A DNA stretch of 64,000 nt from a virus (IMGVR_UViG_2721755587_000002); one strand, 5' to 3'; counted from the first letter of the stretch, positions 37,992 through 48,649 are shown. Notes: generated by a model not told the origin, from the sequence alone. Numbers and translations: made by a program.

Positions 37992-39146
37992 CTAAGGGCT
38001 GACTGATCTTCTGTCCAGACGTTCCTCATTGTCGAGGTCGGCAGGCCTGATCTCCAGCTCGAGCGCAGTCGTGTAGCCATTGCCAGTTAGGTTGTGGGTA
38101 ACCTTCGTCACGATCCAGCCAGTACTGTCGATCTGCGGCTTCCACCCGCGCACGACGGCAGGCAGTTCGGGAAACAACTCGGGCCGGCCGCGAGCGAGCG
38201 TGATACTGAAGGTGGCCACGCCGCGCTGGATGCGCTGCCACTCGGCACGTGCGGCGCGTTCCGCGTTGGCCCTGCTGGCATAGGTGTGCCGCAGCACCTT
38301 CACGTTGTCCGGGTTGGGATAGCTGGTGACGGTCTCTTTCTTCTTCTTTCCCTTGCCCGAGCCGGCCTTCTCCCGCACCGCTACTGCGTTCGACGCGTCG
38401 ATGACCACCTCTCCCTTTTTCGCCGAGCGCGTGTCCTGGTAGCTGGCCTTGACGCCGTTGTAGTTTTCTCGGTCGGCAATGTTGAAGGTGTGCTTGTCGC
38501 CCGACGCGCGGGTAATGGTGACAACGGGCAACGGTATGCCCGATGCGCACAGCGCCTCGCCGGCCTTGATGAACAGCAGCTTGCCCTGTTTGACGGTGGC
38601 GACGGCGTCGTAGTCCTTCGCCAGGCGCGTGAGCAGGTTGGCATCGGACTCGCCGGTCTGGTCCAGGTGGTCGATGACCAGGTCGGCGAGCTGCTGCGCG
38701 ATCACGGCCGCCAGCTCGTTCTTGCTGGCGATGGCGCGCACCACCGCGCCCACGGTCCTGTCGCGGAAGGAGCGCTCTTTCCGGGTGGTCAGGTCGCTGC
38801 CCAGGTCCGCGCTACGTGCGCGGATGGTCAGCTGGTCCGGTGGCCCGCTATGCTCGATCTCATCCACCTTGTAGGTGCCCTTGTCTACTACGCCGGTATC
38901 GGCCCAGCCGAGCGCAAGGGACAACCGGGTTCCCTTCTCCGGCAGATCCAGCATGCCGTCATGGTCGTCCAGCTCGATATCCAGCTGGTCGGCCTCGAAG
39001 CCGCGGTTGTCCGTGAGCGTCAGGCTCATGAGCCGTCCCTGGAAGCGAGCGGTAATGTTCTTGCCGTTGTGCGTGAGCCGGTAGATTGGCTTGGGTTCCC
39101 GCCCGGTGGTCTCCCGCGGCTCGGTGTTTGCAACGGAGCGGATCAT
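37992..39146 (-). CDS. gpD: P2 gpD baseplate hub
   Basis: LTDNRGFEADQLDI, QTGESDA.LLTRLA. Confidence 0.92.
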   Translation of the reverse strand: MIRSVANTEPRETTGREPKPIYRLTHNGKNITARFQGRLMSLTLTDNRGFEADQLDIELDDHDGMLDLPEKGTRLSLALGWADTGVVDKGTYKVDEIEHSGPPDQLTIRARSADLGSDLTTRKERSFRDRTVGAVVRAIASKNELAAVIAQQLADLVIDHLDQTGESDANLLTRLAKDYDAVATVKQGKLLFIKAGEALCASGIPLPVVTITRASGDKHTFNIADRENYNGVKASYQDTRSAKKGEVVIDASNAVAVREKAGSGKGKKKKETVTSYPNPDNVKVLRHTYASRANAERAARAEWQRIQRGVATFSITLARGRPELFPELPAVVRGWKPQIDSTGWIVTKVTHNLTGNGYTTALELEIRPADLDNEERLDRRSVSP

Positions 39147-39568
39147 GCGAGCCCATCCTCCACCAGCCCGGGGCCAATCAGCGCCTCGGCTTCATCGTCC
39201 ACGCGCGTCAGCTTGAGCGAAAACTCGATCCGTCGCGCCTTACCATCCTGGAAGAAGAGGGTACGGGTGAGGCTTAGCCCCTCGATCACGAAGAGCCCAT
39301 AGTAGCGGCCTGTGCCCTCGATCAGCACATACGCCGCGCCGGCATCGCCCATATTGCGCAGTCTGTCGACGGTCACATCGCCGCCGGTCAGTTCGGGAAC
39401 AAGCAGGCCCGCCAGCGTAATGGTCTCGTCGTCGGGGCCAAGGAACTGCCGCGCAGGCCGGCGGCCGATCCGATTGTTGGAGGGGTGCTGCCAGCCCATC
39501 TGCTGCTGAAAGTCCTGGTAGGGCGCCGTCTCCACGCTGAAGACGAACTGCCCGAGTGCCATCATCAT
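39143..39568 (-). CDS. gpU: P2 gpU tail protein
   Basis: MMMALGQFVF...QFLGP...IEFSLKL.RVD. Confidence 0.9.
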   Translation of the reverse strand: MMMALGQFVFSVETAPYQDFQQQMGWQHPSNNRIGRRPARQFLGPDDETITLAGLLVPELTGGDVTVDRLRNMGDAGAAYVLIEGTGRYYGLFVIEGLSLTRTLFFQDGKARRIEFSLKLTRVDDEAEALIGPGLVEDGLA

Positions 39569-39570
39569 GG

Positions 39571-42252
39571 TCAGTCCCTGTCGGTGAATCGCGAGCGCTC
39601 CCGAGCGCCACGCTGGCGCTCCAGGTTGCGGAGCTTGTCTTCCACCAGGCGCGCGATCAGCTGCTCGTCCGCGCCCGCGGGCGGATATATGTTGAAGATG
39701 ACCGTCGCCGGACCCACGCCGGCGCTGGCCGAGGCGCCACCCTGGGTGGCGAGGGGCGGACGCGTGTCGATAGGCACCGTGGCCACGGCCGGCGCGCCGG
39801 CGCCCCCGGCAAGTCCCGCAGCACCGGCAGCCGTCACGGCTGCGGCGATGCGTGCCATGGCCTGCAGTGGGCCGTCCTGGCCCTGCGCCAGGCCCTGCTC
39901 GAGCCCGGCCATGGTGAAGCCGCCCAGCTGGGCAAAGACGCGGCTGGGCGAGTGGATGCCCAGCTTTTCCTTGAACCATGCGGCGACGCTCTCGCCAGCG
40001 CCCACCACGGCGTCCCGCACGGCGCCGAGCTTGCTGGTGATGCCGTCGACCAGGCCCTGCAGCAGATTGGCGCCGAATTCGCTGAACTTGGCCGGCAGCT
40101 TGATCCCGAAATAGTCGAGCGCCGGCGCGACGATGCGATAGAGCGCGCCAAGCAGAGACCAGTTGAGGATCAGTGCCAGCACGCCGCCCAGGCCGCCCAG
40201 GAAGGCGCCGCGCACCTCGGACCACAGCCCGGTGAAGAACGCCTTGATCGGCTCCCAATACTTGTAGATCAGGTAGGCGGCCACAGCGATGGCGGTGACG
40301 GCCAGCCCGATGGGATTCATCAGGAAGGCGCGGCTGAGCAGGCCCACCGCTTTCATGACGACATTGAAAGCCCCTGCCAGGCGCGCGGCGATGCCCGCGC
40401 CGGCACCCATGTGGACCCCGAGCATGGCCAGGCCGTACTTGGCGATCACCAGCGGCCCGAGCACGGCAGCTAGCGCGAGGGTGAGGGCGCCCATGACGGC
40501 CAGCAGCACGCCAACGGCGGCGGCACCCTTGATGAGCCAGGCCACCACCCCGGGGTTCGCCTGTGCAAAGGTGTTGAAGCGGTCCACCAGGCCACTGATG
40601 CTGTTCATTAGGTCCACCAGCACCGGGCGTAGCACTTCGCCGCTGGTGGCGCTGGCGTTGAATAGTTTGTTCTGCAGGCGCGTCCACGCCGCCGAGAGCG
40701 TCTGCTGGCGCGCGGAGAACTCTCGTTCCATTGAGCCTTGCGCCTTCGTACCCCGTGCCAGTGACAATTGGCGCTCGAATTCCTCCGGCTTGTCGACAAG
40801 CTTTGCGAGGGTATCGGAGTGCTCCATGCCCACGAGTTCCACCATGACACCTACGCGTTTTTCCTTCGGCAACTTTTGCACCGCCTCGATGACTTTTTGT
40901 ATCGTGCCGGTGGCGTCTTCGGCCATCCCCTTCTGGATGCCTTCCGGGGTCAGGCCGATTTCCGCCACCGCCGAACGAAACTTCTTCGTGCCTTTTTCGG
41001 CCGCAGCGAACTTCTGTGTAATGGCGTTGATAGCCGTGGCAGCTGTCTCGGCGCGCTCTCCCAGCGTGAGCAGCGTTGACGCGAGGGCGGCGGAATCGCC
41101 CGGAGTCATCTTGACGGTGGAGACTACGCCGGAGGTGCGATTCACCACATTGATGATGTCCGCGCCCTTGCTGATGGCGTTATCGTCCAGGTAATTGATC
41201 GTGTCTGCCAGGCCCCGGATGTGCTTGGTGGGAATCTTGAAGTTCTTCGCCACCTTGCCCATGCTCTCCGCGATCTCGTCGGGCACAGCATCAAATGCGG
41301 TGGCCATCATCGCCACCATCTTGTTGTACTCCATCAGTTCTGCAATGCCGAGCGCGCGTTTGCGAGCTGCTTCAATGCGGTCACCGGCCGCTTCTGCTGC
41401 CTCCGCCTGCTCAAACCAATCCGTGCCGACCTCCATGCGCGCGGCGGCTGTCGTCATCTCGATGATCTGATTGGTGGGGATGGGAATATCCTCGCTCAGT
41501 TTCCTGGCGGCCGCGCCAATGTCGTAGTACAGCTGTGTCAGCTTCCCCGCATCGTCTCGCGCGCCGGGAATCTGCCTCGCAACGCCCAGCATCGCGTCTT
41601 CATAGCTGACAAAGTCCTTCACCGCCTTGGCAACTGGCGCCATGGCTACGCCGCCGGCCGCCATGGTGGAGACGCCCGCGCCGAGCATGGAATTTCGCAC
41701 GGCGATCCCCTTGGCGTATTGCGCCTGGGCGGCGGCCATTTGCCGCTGGCGCGCGCCTACGGCCCGCAGCCGCGCTTCCTGCTGCACGAGCGCTTCGTTT
41801 GCCGTCGTGACGCGGGTCCGCAGCTCGCGCTGCGCCAGGCCCAGGTTGGTAGTGCTGACGCCGGCGGCTTCGAGCCGGCCGCGCACGCCGTGCAGGTTCT
41901 GCTGCAGCTCCGTGCCACGCCGCTTGAGGGCCTGGGCCTCGCGCACGGCCACCTGCAGGCCTCGGGCCATCGCGGCCGTGGGCTTCTCCGTTGCGGCCAT
42001 CTGGTCGGAGAGCGCCTTGACGCGTGCCTGTGCGCCGCGCATTTGGTTCTGCGTGATCGCAGCGTCCTTGGATAGCTTGCGGAAGCTGTCGATGCCGGCT
42101 TGCGTGCGGTTCAGTTCCTTCAGCTGGTCGCGCGTGGCTTTCACCGTGCGGGCCAGGGCGGTGCTGCTGCCCATGGCGGAGCGGAACGGGCGGGTGAGGC
42201 GGTCTACCGCCTGCAGGATCACCTCCAGCCTTAGATTGCGTGGCGTGCTCAT
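39571..42252 (-). CDS. gpT: Tape measure protein (gpT)
   Basis: 893 aa; AVDR.T.P, LGIHSPSRVF. Confidence 0.92.
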   Translation of the reverse strand: MSTPRNLRLEVILQAVDRLTRPFRSAMGSSTALARTVKATRDQLKELNRTQAGIDSFRKLSKDAAITQNQMRGAQARVKALSDQMAATEKPTAAMARGLQVAVREAQALKRRGTELQQNLHGVRGRLEAAGVSTTNLGLAQRELRTRVTTANEALVQQEARLRAVGARQRQMAAAQAQYAKGIAVRNSMLGAGVSTMAAGGVAMAPVAKAVKDFVSYEDAMLGVARQIPGARDDAGKLTQLYYDIGAAARKLSEDIPIPTNQIIEMTTAAARMEVGTDWFEQAEAAEAAGDRIEAARKRALGIAELMEYNKMVAMMATAFDAVPDEIAESMGKVAKNFKIPTKHIRGLADTINYLDDNAISKGADIINVVNRTSGVVSTVKMTPGDSAALASTLLTLGERAETAATAINAITQKFAAAEKGTKKFRSAVAEIGLTPEGIQKGMAEDATGTIQKVIEAVQKLPKEKRVGVMVELVGMEHSDTLAKLVDKPEEFERQLSLARGTKAQGSMEREFSARQQTLSAAWTRLQNKLFNASATSGEVLRPVLVDLMNSISGLVDRFNTFAQANPGVVAWLIKGAAAVGVLLAVMGALTLALAAVLGPLVIAKYGLAMLGVHMGAGAGIAARLAGAFNVVMKAVGLLSRAFLMNPIGLAVTAIAVAAYLIYKYWEPIKAFFTGLWSEVRGAFLGGLGGVLALILNWSLLGALYRIVAPALDYFGIKLPAKFSEFGANLLQGLVDGITSKLGAVRDAVVGAGESVAAWFKEKLGIHSPSRVFAQLGGFTMAGLEQGLAQGQDGPLQAMARIAAAVTAAGAAGLAGGAGAPAVATVPIDTRPPLATQGGASASAGVGPATVIFNIYPPAGADEQLIARLVEDKLRNLERQRGARERSRFTDRD

Positions 42253-42422
42253 TCGTCTGTTCCGCTACGTTCCCTGGCGCGTTCGCGCCATGCCATGAGT
42301 TCGGCGAGCCCCATCTCGAAGAGGTGTTCGGGCTGCCAATGGAAGATCACTGCAACGTCGGCGATGGCGTCTTCGACTCGGTCTGGTATTCCTCGCCCTT
42401 CGCCGCCTTCGGCAGCAAAAAA
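42249..42422 (-). CDS. gpE' extension produced by -1 frameshift
   Basis: TTTTTTG at 42422-42416; DAIADVAVIFHWQP...ELMAWRERA. Confidence 0.85.
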   Translation of the reverse strand, partial: FFAAEGGEGRGIPDRVEDAIADVAVIFHWQPEHLFEMGLAELMAWRERARERSGTDE

Positions 42423-42676
42423 TTGCTCACCGCGGTGGCGAGCTGGGTCATATCGGCGGGGTCGAGCTTGCTGACGTCTTGCGTGGTGAGCGTGGGCGTG
42501 GTGATGCGCGGTAGCACCACGTGGAGGGCGGTGACGTCCATGCGCATGAGATCCATCAGGCTACAGCCGCGCAGCTCGCCGGCGGCCGGCTTGCGTACGG
42601 TGATGGTGGCGATGGTCTGCTCGCCACGGGTGATGGGCGTGTCGAGCGGGATGATGACGGTGGTTTGTTCGTTCAT
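42347..42676 (-). CDS. gpE: Tail assembly chaperone gpE
   Basis: LDTPI.RG, RKP.AGELRG. Confidence 0.9.
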   Translation of the reverse strand: MNEQTTVIIPLDTPITRGEQTIATITVRKPAAGELRGCSLMDLMRMDVTALHVVLPRITTPTLTTQDVSKLDPADMTQLATAVSNFLLPKAAKGEEYQTESKTPSPTLQ

Positions 42677-42718
42677 GATGGCGTTCCAAGGGAGGGCAGA
42701 TAGGGGAGTGTGGCGACG

Positions 42719-43228
42719 TTACAGGCCCATGGCGCGGCGCTGCTCAGCCAGGCGGTCGACGCCGAACACGATCTCGATGAAGTTGACGTAGTCGATCTCG
42801 ATCCAGACTTCGCCGTTGACGGCGAGCTTGAAGTAGCTGACGGACGACTTGACCTTGAACTGGCTGTTGTCGCCGACCTTGCCGGTGCCGAAGTCCAGCT
42901 CGGTATGCCGGCCGCGGACAACGATTTCCACGGAGTCAACGTCCCCGCTGTCGTCGCGCTGGTAGGCGCCGGCAAAGCGCACCAGGGCGGCATCGGTGCT
43001 GGTGACGCCGTACTGCTTGAGGATCTCGCGCATCAGGCCGCCGTAAGTGGCCTCGAGCTCAAGCTTCTCGCCGCCCATGTCCAGATCGACGGGGCCGTTC
43101 ATGCCGCCGGCGCGGTATTCCTCCAGCTTGCGGGTTAGCTTGGGGAGGGTGACTTCCTCGCATTCGCCGGCGTAGTTCACGCCATCGGCGAAGATGATGA
43201 AGTTCTTGAGTTTGCGTGGCAGAGCCAT
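42719..43228 (-). CDS. gpFII: Tail tube FII
   Basis: MALPRKLK...LPKLTRKLEEYRAGGM. Confidence 0.93.
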   Translation of the reverse strand: MALPRKLKNFIIFADGVNYAGECEEVTLPKLTRKLEEYRAGGMNGPVDLDMGGEKLELEATYGGLMREILKQYGVTSTDAALVRFAGAYQRDDSGDVDSVEIVVRGRHTELDFGTGKVGDNSQFKVKSSVSYFKLAVNGEVWIEIDYVNFIEIVFGVDRLAEQRRAMGL

Positions 43229-43250
43229 GGTGGTTCCTTGTCAGGGGCAG

Positions 43251-44423
43251 TCAGGCCTGGACGGCCTCGGCGAACTGCATCAGGTAGCGATCGGTGATGC
43301 GCTGGCGCAGGGTGAGGTTTTCCAGGGGCGGAACGGGGGTGTAGTCGTAGTCGAGCATCAGGCCGCCGTCCTTGAGCGTTTCCTTGGCGTTGACCTCGGG
43401 GTCGAACCAGGCCGCGCCGCCCAGCAGGTAGCCTTGCCGGATGAGGCTACGCATCTTGGCGTTGATGCCTTCCAGCAGGTCGCGCACCAGCGAGGGCGTC
43501 ATGGGGAGATCCATGGCCCAGGCATGTGCCTCGGCCATGGTGTCGGCCAGCACTTGCGCGGTGCGGGTGTAGTTCTCGAAGGCGAAGAGCGGATCGGCGG
43601 AGCAGGTGCGAGAGCCCCAGAAGCGGAAGCCCTGGAAGTTCACCAGCGTGGTGACCTCGTTGCTGTTCAGGTAGCCGGCGTCCGTGGCGGGGTCCTGCAG
43701 ATCCCAATAGACGTCCTTGGAGATGCCGCTGACGCCGTTGACGGGCACGTTGGAGAGCGTCTTGTGCCAGCCGATGGTCTCGTCAAGCTTCGCCCGCAGG
43801 CCGGCGGCCTGGGCGGCCGTGGGCACGATGCCGTTGGTGCCCGACTTGGGATGGCGGCCGATGAAGTCCGGCCACAGCACCATGGCCTCGCGTTGGCCGA
43901 ACATTTGCCGGAAGGCGGTGGCGTCTTCCTTGGTCTTGCGGTCTGAGGCGGCAATGTAAGTGAAGCCGCGCAGCTTCTGGCACAAGGCGGCCAGTTCCAG
44001 GCCGATGCCCATGGTTTCCAGCCCAGGCGCCACCAGGATGCGTGGCGCGACCCCGAGGCGTGCCTTGGCGGTCAGGAAGCTCTTCATGCCGGTGTAGCGG
44101 CCGTCCTTGTTGACGGAGCCGGCGACGTTGGCATGCATTTCGTTCTCGTTCTTGCCGCTGGCTACTCGCGTAACGACGGTCAGCGGATTGGCCTGGTCGC
44201 AGATGCCCTGCAGGCTGGGGGCGAGAGTGCCCTTGTCTCCGGCCTTGCCAATGCTGGCCTGAGGGTTGGCCAGGAGCACGGGCGTGTCGAGCGGGAAGAC
44301 CTTCGGGTCGGCATCGTCTGCGATGCAGACCATGCCGATCACGGCGGTGCTGATGGTGCGGATAGCGCGTGTGCCTTCGTTGAGTTCGATGACACGCACG
44401 CCATGGTGGTAGTCGGTTGCCAT
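43251..44423 (-). CDS. gpFI: Tail sheath FI
   Basis: DYHHGVRV, GWHKTLSN, FWGSRT, YTPVPPLE. Confidence 0.93.
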   Translation of the reverse strand: MATDYHHGVRVIELNEGTRAIRTISTAVIGMVCIADDADPKVFPLDTPVLLANPQASIGKAGDKGTLAPSLQGICDQANPLTVVTRVASGKNENEMHANVAGSVNKDGRYTGMKSFLTAKARLGVAPRILVAPGLETMGIGLELAALCQKLRGFTYIAASDRKTKEDATAFRQMFGQREAMVLWPDFIGRHPKSGTNGIVPTAAQAAGLRAKLDETIGWHKTLSNVPVNGVSGISKDVYWDLQDPATDAGYLNSNEVTTLVNFQGFRFWGSRTCSADPLFAFENYTRTAQVLADTMAEAHAWAMDLPMTPSLVRDLLEGINAKMRSLIRQGYLLGGAAWFDPEVNAKETLKDGGLMLDYDYTPVPPLENLTLRQRITDRYLMQFAEAVQA

Positions 44424-44504
44424 GCAGTCCTCCGGGGATGGTCGGGCGAAGAAGGGTTCGTCCCGGTAGGATGCAGTGCTCGCGCGAGCTGGTCGCGTGC
44501 GTTG

Positions 44505-44529
44505 TGTTGTGCGGTTTGGTGTCACAACA
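44505..44529. promoter_or_regulatory. Ogr-type late promoter element (FI)
   Basis: TGTTGT-N13-ACAACA. Confidence 0.8.
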
Positions 44530-44544
44530 CAACGTAGCGGTTTG

Positions 44545-45255
44545 CTATGGGTTGGGCGCTAGAGCGTCTGCCCCAGGCGCTGTCGCAGGTGGTTCGTGAG
44601 GGGCACGTCCATCGTGGGATACCAGATCAACCGCAGCCTCGGGTGTGATCTCAGGCTCTACTTCGGCGGCGACCTCGATCGCGATCGCATCCTCGTCCGG
44701 CTCTGCCGGCCACGCATGGCTTTCGGGGAAGCCTGGCGACTGGATCGCGCGTACCAGCTCCAGCTGATACGCCGCCCAGGCCTTAAAAACGGCAACCTCA
44801 AGCCGGGAGAGCTGGCCGGCTGCATAGGCGTCGGCTTTGCCGGCGTTGCGCGTACGCGCGTGCTCCAGCCGCATCTCGAACTCCGCCATGGCGGCGTCGC
44901 GCGCGTGCGCCGCCACCACAGCAGGGTCAAGCTCCCAGCCGTCGCTGGTCCAGCGGTGCTGAGCCGTGGGGCGCGGCTGCTCCGTCAGGCCGACATCGGC
45001 TGGTGTGAGGCCGGCGGCCAGCACTTCCGCGCGTTCGCCGTTGTTCTGGCGATAGAGCAGGATGCCGCGATAGTCCGGCAGAAGGACCCACTCGCCGTTC
45101 CGGAAGAAGGGCCAGGTCGTGCGGGCGCGCTCAGGCAAGGCCAGCGGTGTCGTAAAGGCCGGGATCAGCCAGCGCCCAGGGTTGAGCGGATCGGCGTCGG
45201 CCAGACGGCTGGATACGTACTGGCCGGTCTCGCTGTCGTATTGGTGAATCAGCAT
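44545..45255 (-). CDS. Tail fibre assembly protein
   Basis: W....DYRG, C-terminal W..Y...L...FP...WP.EP. Confidence 0.85.
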   Translation of the reverse strand: MLIHQYDSETGQYVSSRLADADPLNPGRWLIPAFTTPLALPERARTTWPFFRNGEWVLLPDYRGILLYRQNNGERAEVLAAGLTPADVGLTEQPRPTAQHRWTSDGWELDPAVVAAHARDAAMAEFEMRLEHARTRNAGKADAYAAGQLSRLEVAVFKAWAAYQLELVRAIQSPGFPESHAWPAEPDEDAIAIEVAAEVEPEITPEAAVDLVSHDGRAPHEPPATAPGADALAPNP

Positions 45256-45267
45256 GCTGTGTCTCTC

Positions 45268-46839
45268 CTAGTAAGCGCGGATCATCGCTAGGAATGCGAT
45301 GGAGCGGACGCGGACCTCGTCGCCACCGTGTGACTCGATGGTGACGCCGTGCGTGTGGCCGCCGCCCGTACCGATTCCGACGTTGTGGCCGTGGTGGCCG
45401 TCCCAATACACCCAGTGCTGGTGGTCGCCCGCGCCGCTGGTGTAGATCGGATCGGTAGGGTACTCACCGATGTCGTCGCGCGGGCCGCCGCCGCCATAGA
45501 TCATCGAATTGCGGTAGATGCCGGAGTGGTGGTTGTGGGCACCAGCGGCGGTTGTCGGTCCACCGTGGTTGTGGTTGCCTTGCGCGTCCGTCCAGGCGCT
45601 GTGTAGATGGTCGCCCGCGGTCGCAGCACTGGCAGTATGCGAGTGCGTCATATTCTGCGGACCTTGATAGCTGCCAATTTCGCGGCCTGTGTCAGCGCCA
45701 CGCCCATCGTCCCAGAAACGCAGGTACTCTCCGCGCCCGTCCGGAATACGGAACGTGGCGATGCCGTCGCCGGTGGAGAAGCAACCCCAGCCCCGGGCGA
45801 ACCATTCGAGCTCTGGTACCAGCGCGCCGCTGCTCTGTGCGTAGGCCCACAGCAGCGGATAGTCTGCGCGGTTGAGCACGGCGCCATTGAGCTTGAGCCA
45901 ACCGGCGCGCACGCTAGTGCGCGCCTCGATGATGATCTGCCCGATGGACGCTGTTGAGATGACGTCCATCACGAAGGCTGTGGTGGCGATCCGGGTGGAG
46001 TGGTCGCCTGCCGGTGGCGTCGGTGCGGTAGGACTACCTGTGAGGCGTGGGCTGTCGGTCGGCGCCAACTCGGACCAGGAATGCCATTCCTGGTCGATGC
46101 GACGCCGAAAAAACAACTGAGAGTGTTCCTGGGGCGAGAAGATCTGCATGCCCGCAGTGCCATAGACCCGGTGCAGGACTATGCCGGCGCCACGCGGCAT
46201 CGGGAGGTTCTTGGCATCCGCAGCTGCGAAGAACATCCCGCTACCCACCGAGACATCGTTCAGGTCGGCGATGCTGGCGCTGTTATCCGTCGTGCCCAGC
46301 CCGAGCGCCGCGAGGCGATGCCTCAGTTTCTGAGGGGTGACGGCTCGGGAGTCGTCTTCGCCAGCGCCGGTTTCCTCCGCCGTTGCCAGCTCGATGATTC
46401 CCATGCGCTCCTCGGTGGCCGGCGGGTTGGCAAAAGAGGCATCACCGAAGACCAGGACGGTGGCGTCTGCAGTTTCGAACTTGATATCGGCTGCCACCAG
46501 CATGATTGCCGCCGGCGCTTTTTCCGCAATCGCTACGGTCGAACTAACGGTGCCGAGCAGCACGCCGTTGTCCAGGTACAAGCCGAAGCCAAACATGGTG
46601 TATCGATCATCGGTGTCGTCTTGGATCGTGACGTGGATGGTGTCAGGCGCAACGTTCACTCCGGCGATAGTCTGCAGGCGTTTTCGCTCGTTGGGCAGCT
46701 TGGCGAGATCGTCCTTGTGGGTGAACGCGGCGGTGGCTACGCCGATGGAGACCACCAGGCGCTTTGCGGTGCCAGTGTTGCCGGGGCCGACGAGCGCCGC
46801 GCGCCCGGCAGTGGTGAGCTTGATGAGGATGCCGGCCAT
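45268..46839 (-). CDS. gpH: Tail fibre gpH with collar domain and HxH repeats
   Basis: GWLK.NG, FRIPD.RG, HSH/HNH/HGH repeats. Confidence 0.9.
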   Translation of the reverse strand: MAGILIKLTTAGRAALVGPGNTGTAKRLVVSIGVATAAFTHKDDLAKLPNERKRLQTIAGVNVAPDTIHVTIQDDTDDRYTMFGFGLYLDNGVLLGTVSSTVAIAEKAPAAIMLVAADIKFETADATVLVFGDASFANPPATEERMGIIELATAEETGAGEDDSRAVTPQKLRHRLAALGLGTTDNSASIADLNDVSVGSGMFFAAADAKNLPMPRGAGIVLHRVYGTAGMQIFSPQEHSQLFFRRRIDQEWHSWSELAPTDSPRLTGSPTAPTPPAGDHSTRIATTAFVMDVISTASIGQIIIEARTSVRAGWLKLNGAVLNRADYPLLWAYAQSSGALVPELEWFARGWGCFSTGDGIATFRIPDGRGEYLRFWDDGRGADTGREIGSYQGPQNMTHSHTASAATAGDHLHSAWTDAQGNHNHGGPTTAAGAHNHHSGIYRNSMIYGGGGPRDDIGEYPTDPIYTSGAGDHQHWVYWDGHHGHNVGIGTGGGHTHGVTIESHGGDEVRVRSIAFLAMIRAY

Positions 46840-46840
46840 A

Positions 46841-47389
46841 TCAGGATTCGGTAATGGAGAGACGGTAGTAGAGGGCGACGCGCAGCGCGGCGCCGATGGC
46901 GACGGCGCCGCGGCTGTTCATGCGCTGCGTGAAGGTGTAGTGCGAGCGAACGGGCTTGGTGCGATCGATCTCGCCGATGACGTCAGCGACGAAGTCGGCG
47001 GTGACCGGCTCGCCGTTGCGGCTGTTCACTGTCAGCACCACGTCGAAGGTGTGGGGCGGCCCGGGCGGGGTGAGTTGCCACCATTCCCGCAGGGCGATAT
47101 CGGCGCCGAAGGCGGCGATGACCCCGCGCACCGCCGCGGCAGTGCCGTTCTGGCGGGCGATGGGGATGGCGGCCTTCACGCGGGCGCGTTTGACCTCTTC
47201 GGGCCAGTAGTCCTTCCAGGCGTCCACGCCGAGGTGCCAGGCCAGCCAGGGCAGCAATTCGATTGGGCAGATGTCGGGCTGCATCAGCTCGCGTAGGGGC
47301 GAGGGGATGTCTCCCAGGCGACCCATGATCTCGGTCAGCCGGCGCTCCAGTGGTGAGGCGTTTGGCGGGAGCAGGCTGCGGTCAGCCAT
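46841..47389 (-). CDS. gpI: Tail protein I
   Basis: LLPPNAS.LE, LPWLAW, KPVRSH. Confidence 0.9.
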   Translation of the reverse strand: MADRSLLPPNASPLERRLTEIMGRLGDIPSPLRELMQPDICPIELLPWLAWHLGVDAWKDYWPEEVKRARVKAAIPIARQNGTAAAVRGVIAAFGADIALREWWQLTPPGPPHTFDVVLTVNSRNGEPVTADFVADVIGEIDRTKPVRSHYTFTQRMNSRGAVAIGAALRVALYYRLSITES

Positions 47390-48290
47390 AGACGCCTCCG
47401 TGCTTGATCTCGGCCTGGATGCAATGCGGCGCCTGGGTGCGGGAGATAGGGATGCTTGCCTTGGGCTCCAGCAGCTCGACGCGCTCCACGCCTTCGATAT
47501 GCAGGGCGGCGTAGATGGCGGATAGGTTGATCTCGCGGCCGATGCGGTGGGAGGCTGCGGCGTACCTGGCCAGGTTCCGCTCGGCTTCTACCAGCACCAC
47601 GCTGGAATCGGGGCCCGGCAAGGTGTAGAGCGTAGCTCGGACGCGGTAGCTGACGATCTCCGCCGAGCGGACGGTGACGAAGTCGGTCAGCGGACGGACG
47701 TGGTCGGCCGTCAGCACCGCGCTGACGCCTTGGACCAGGGCATCGTCCGCCGTGCCGTCGGCGGTTCGGGCCAGGATCGTCACCAGCACATTGCCGGGAC
47801 TGGGGCTGGTGGCGGACGCGTCCAGCACCAGCCCGCTGGCGCCCATGGCATGCGAGATGTATGCCCCCTCCGGGCCGGCCACGGAAAAACCCTGCGGGGC
47901 AAGCTGCGTGCGCTTGCGCAAGTCTTCGTCGCCTTCCTTTACCTCCGGGATACCCCGGTCCGGGTCGCCTGGCGTGATCGTCAGCTTCTGGATGCCAAAG
48001 AGGGCGGCCAAGTGCTCCAGGTCGGCGCCGCGCGCCTTGGCGAGCATGACGGCGCGCGCCGCTTCATTTACGCGCTGGCGCAGCACGAGCTCGCGGTAGG
48101 TGCTGGACTGCACTGCCTTCGCCATGGGCTCGGATTCCAGGGCCAAGGCGGCTGCAATGGCGGGCTGCTGCTCGGGCGGCCACAGGGCAATGAACTCGGC
48201 CTTGCGCTCGGCGTACAGGGTTTCGAAGTCGAGCGCTTCCACCACATCGGGCGAGGGCAGGCGCGAGAGATCGATCGGCGTGGCGCTCAT
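47382..48290 (-). CDS. gpJ: Baseplate J
   Basis: IDLS.LP.P, SVAGP.GAY, VRPLTD. Confidence 0.92.
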   Translation of the reverse strand: MSATPIDLSRLPSPDVVEALDFETLYAERKAEFIALWPPEQQPAIAAALALESEPMAKAVQSSTYRELVLRQRVNEAARAVMLAKARGADLEHLAALFGIQKLTITPGDPDRGIPEVKEGDEDLRKRTQLAPQGFSVAGPEGAYISHAMGASGLVLDASATSPSPGNVLVTILARTADGTADDALVQGVSAVLTADHVRPLTDFVTVRSAEIVSYRVRATLYTLPGPDSSVVLVEAERNLARYAAASHRIGREINLSAIYAALHIEGVERVELLEPKASIPISRTQAPHCIQAEIKHGGVYG

Positions 48291-48649
48291 GCGTTGGCCT
48301 CGCGCAGCAGGACGCGGTAGGCGCCGGCCTCAAGGCGCGGGCCGTCCACGCGCGGCGCGTCGATATCGATATAGAGACTGCCTTGCGCGCTGACTTCGAA
48401 GCTCACGCGCTGTACGCGGATGCGTGGCTCCCAACGGACCAGCGCGGCAACGGACGCCGACATGGCCCGCAGCAGCGTGGCGCCGTGTAGCGGTTGGTCG
48501 ATCAGTTCGGGCAGTAGCGAGCCGTAGTTGCGCCGCATGACGCGGGTGCCAATTGGCGTGGTGAGGATGTCGCGCACGGATTGCATGATGTGGTCGCGGT
48601 CGCCGATGGCGGTACCGGCGATGGCGTGCATGCCGAGATAAGTGGTCAT
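48287..48649 (-). CDS. gpW: Baseplate W
   Basis: QSVRDILTTPIGTRVMRR.YGS, WEPR. Confidence 0.92.
   Translation of the reverse strand: MTTYLGMHAIAGTAIGDRDHIMQSVRDILTTPIGTRVMRRNYGSLLPELIDQPLHGATLLRAMSASVAALVRWEPRIRVQRVSFEVSAQGSLYIDIDAPRVDGPRLEAGAYRVLLREANA

Noticed and set aside
38094-39302. Long opposite-strand or alternate-frame ORFs (also 54414-55838, 6637-7581, 9402-10574)
   Set aside because: Shadows of well-supported genes, typical of high-GC DNA
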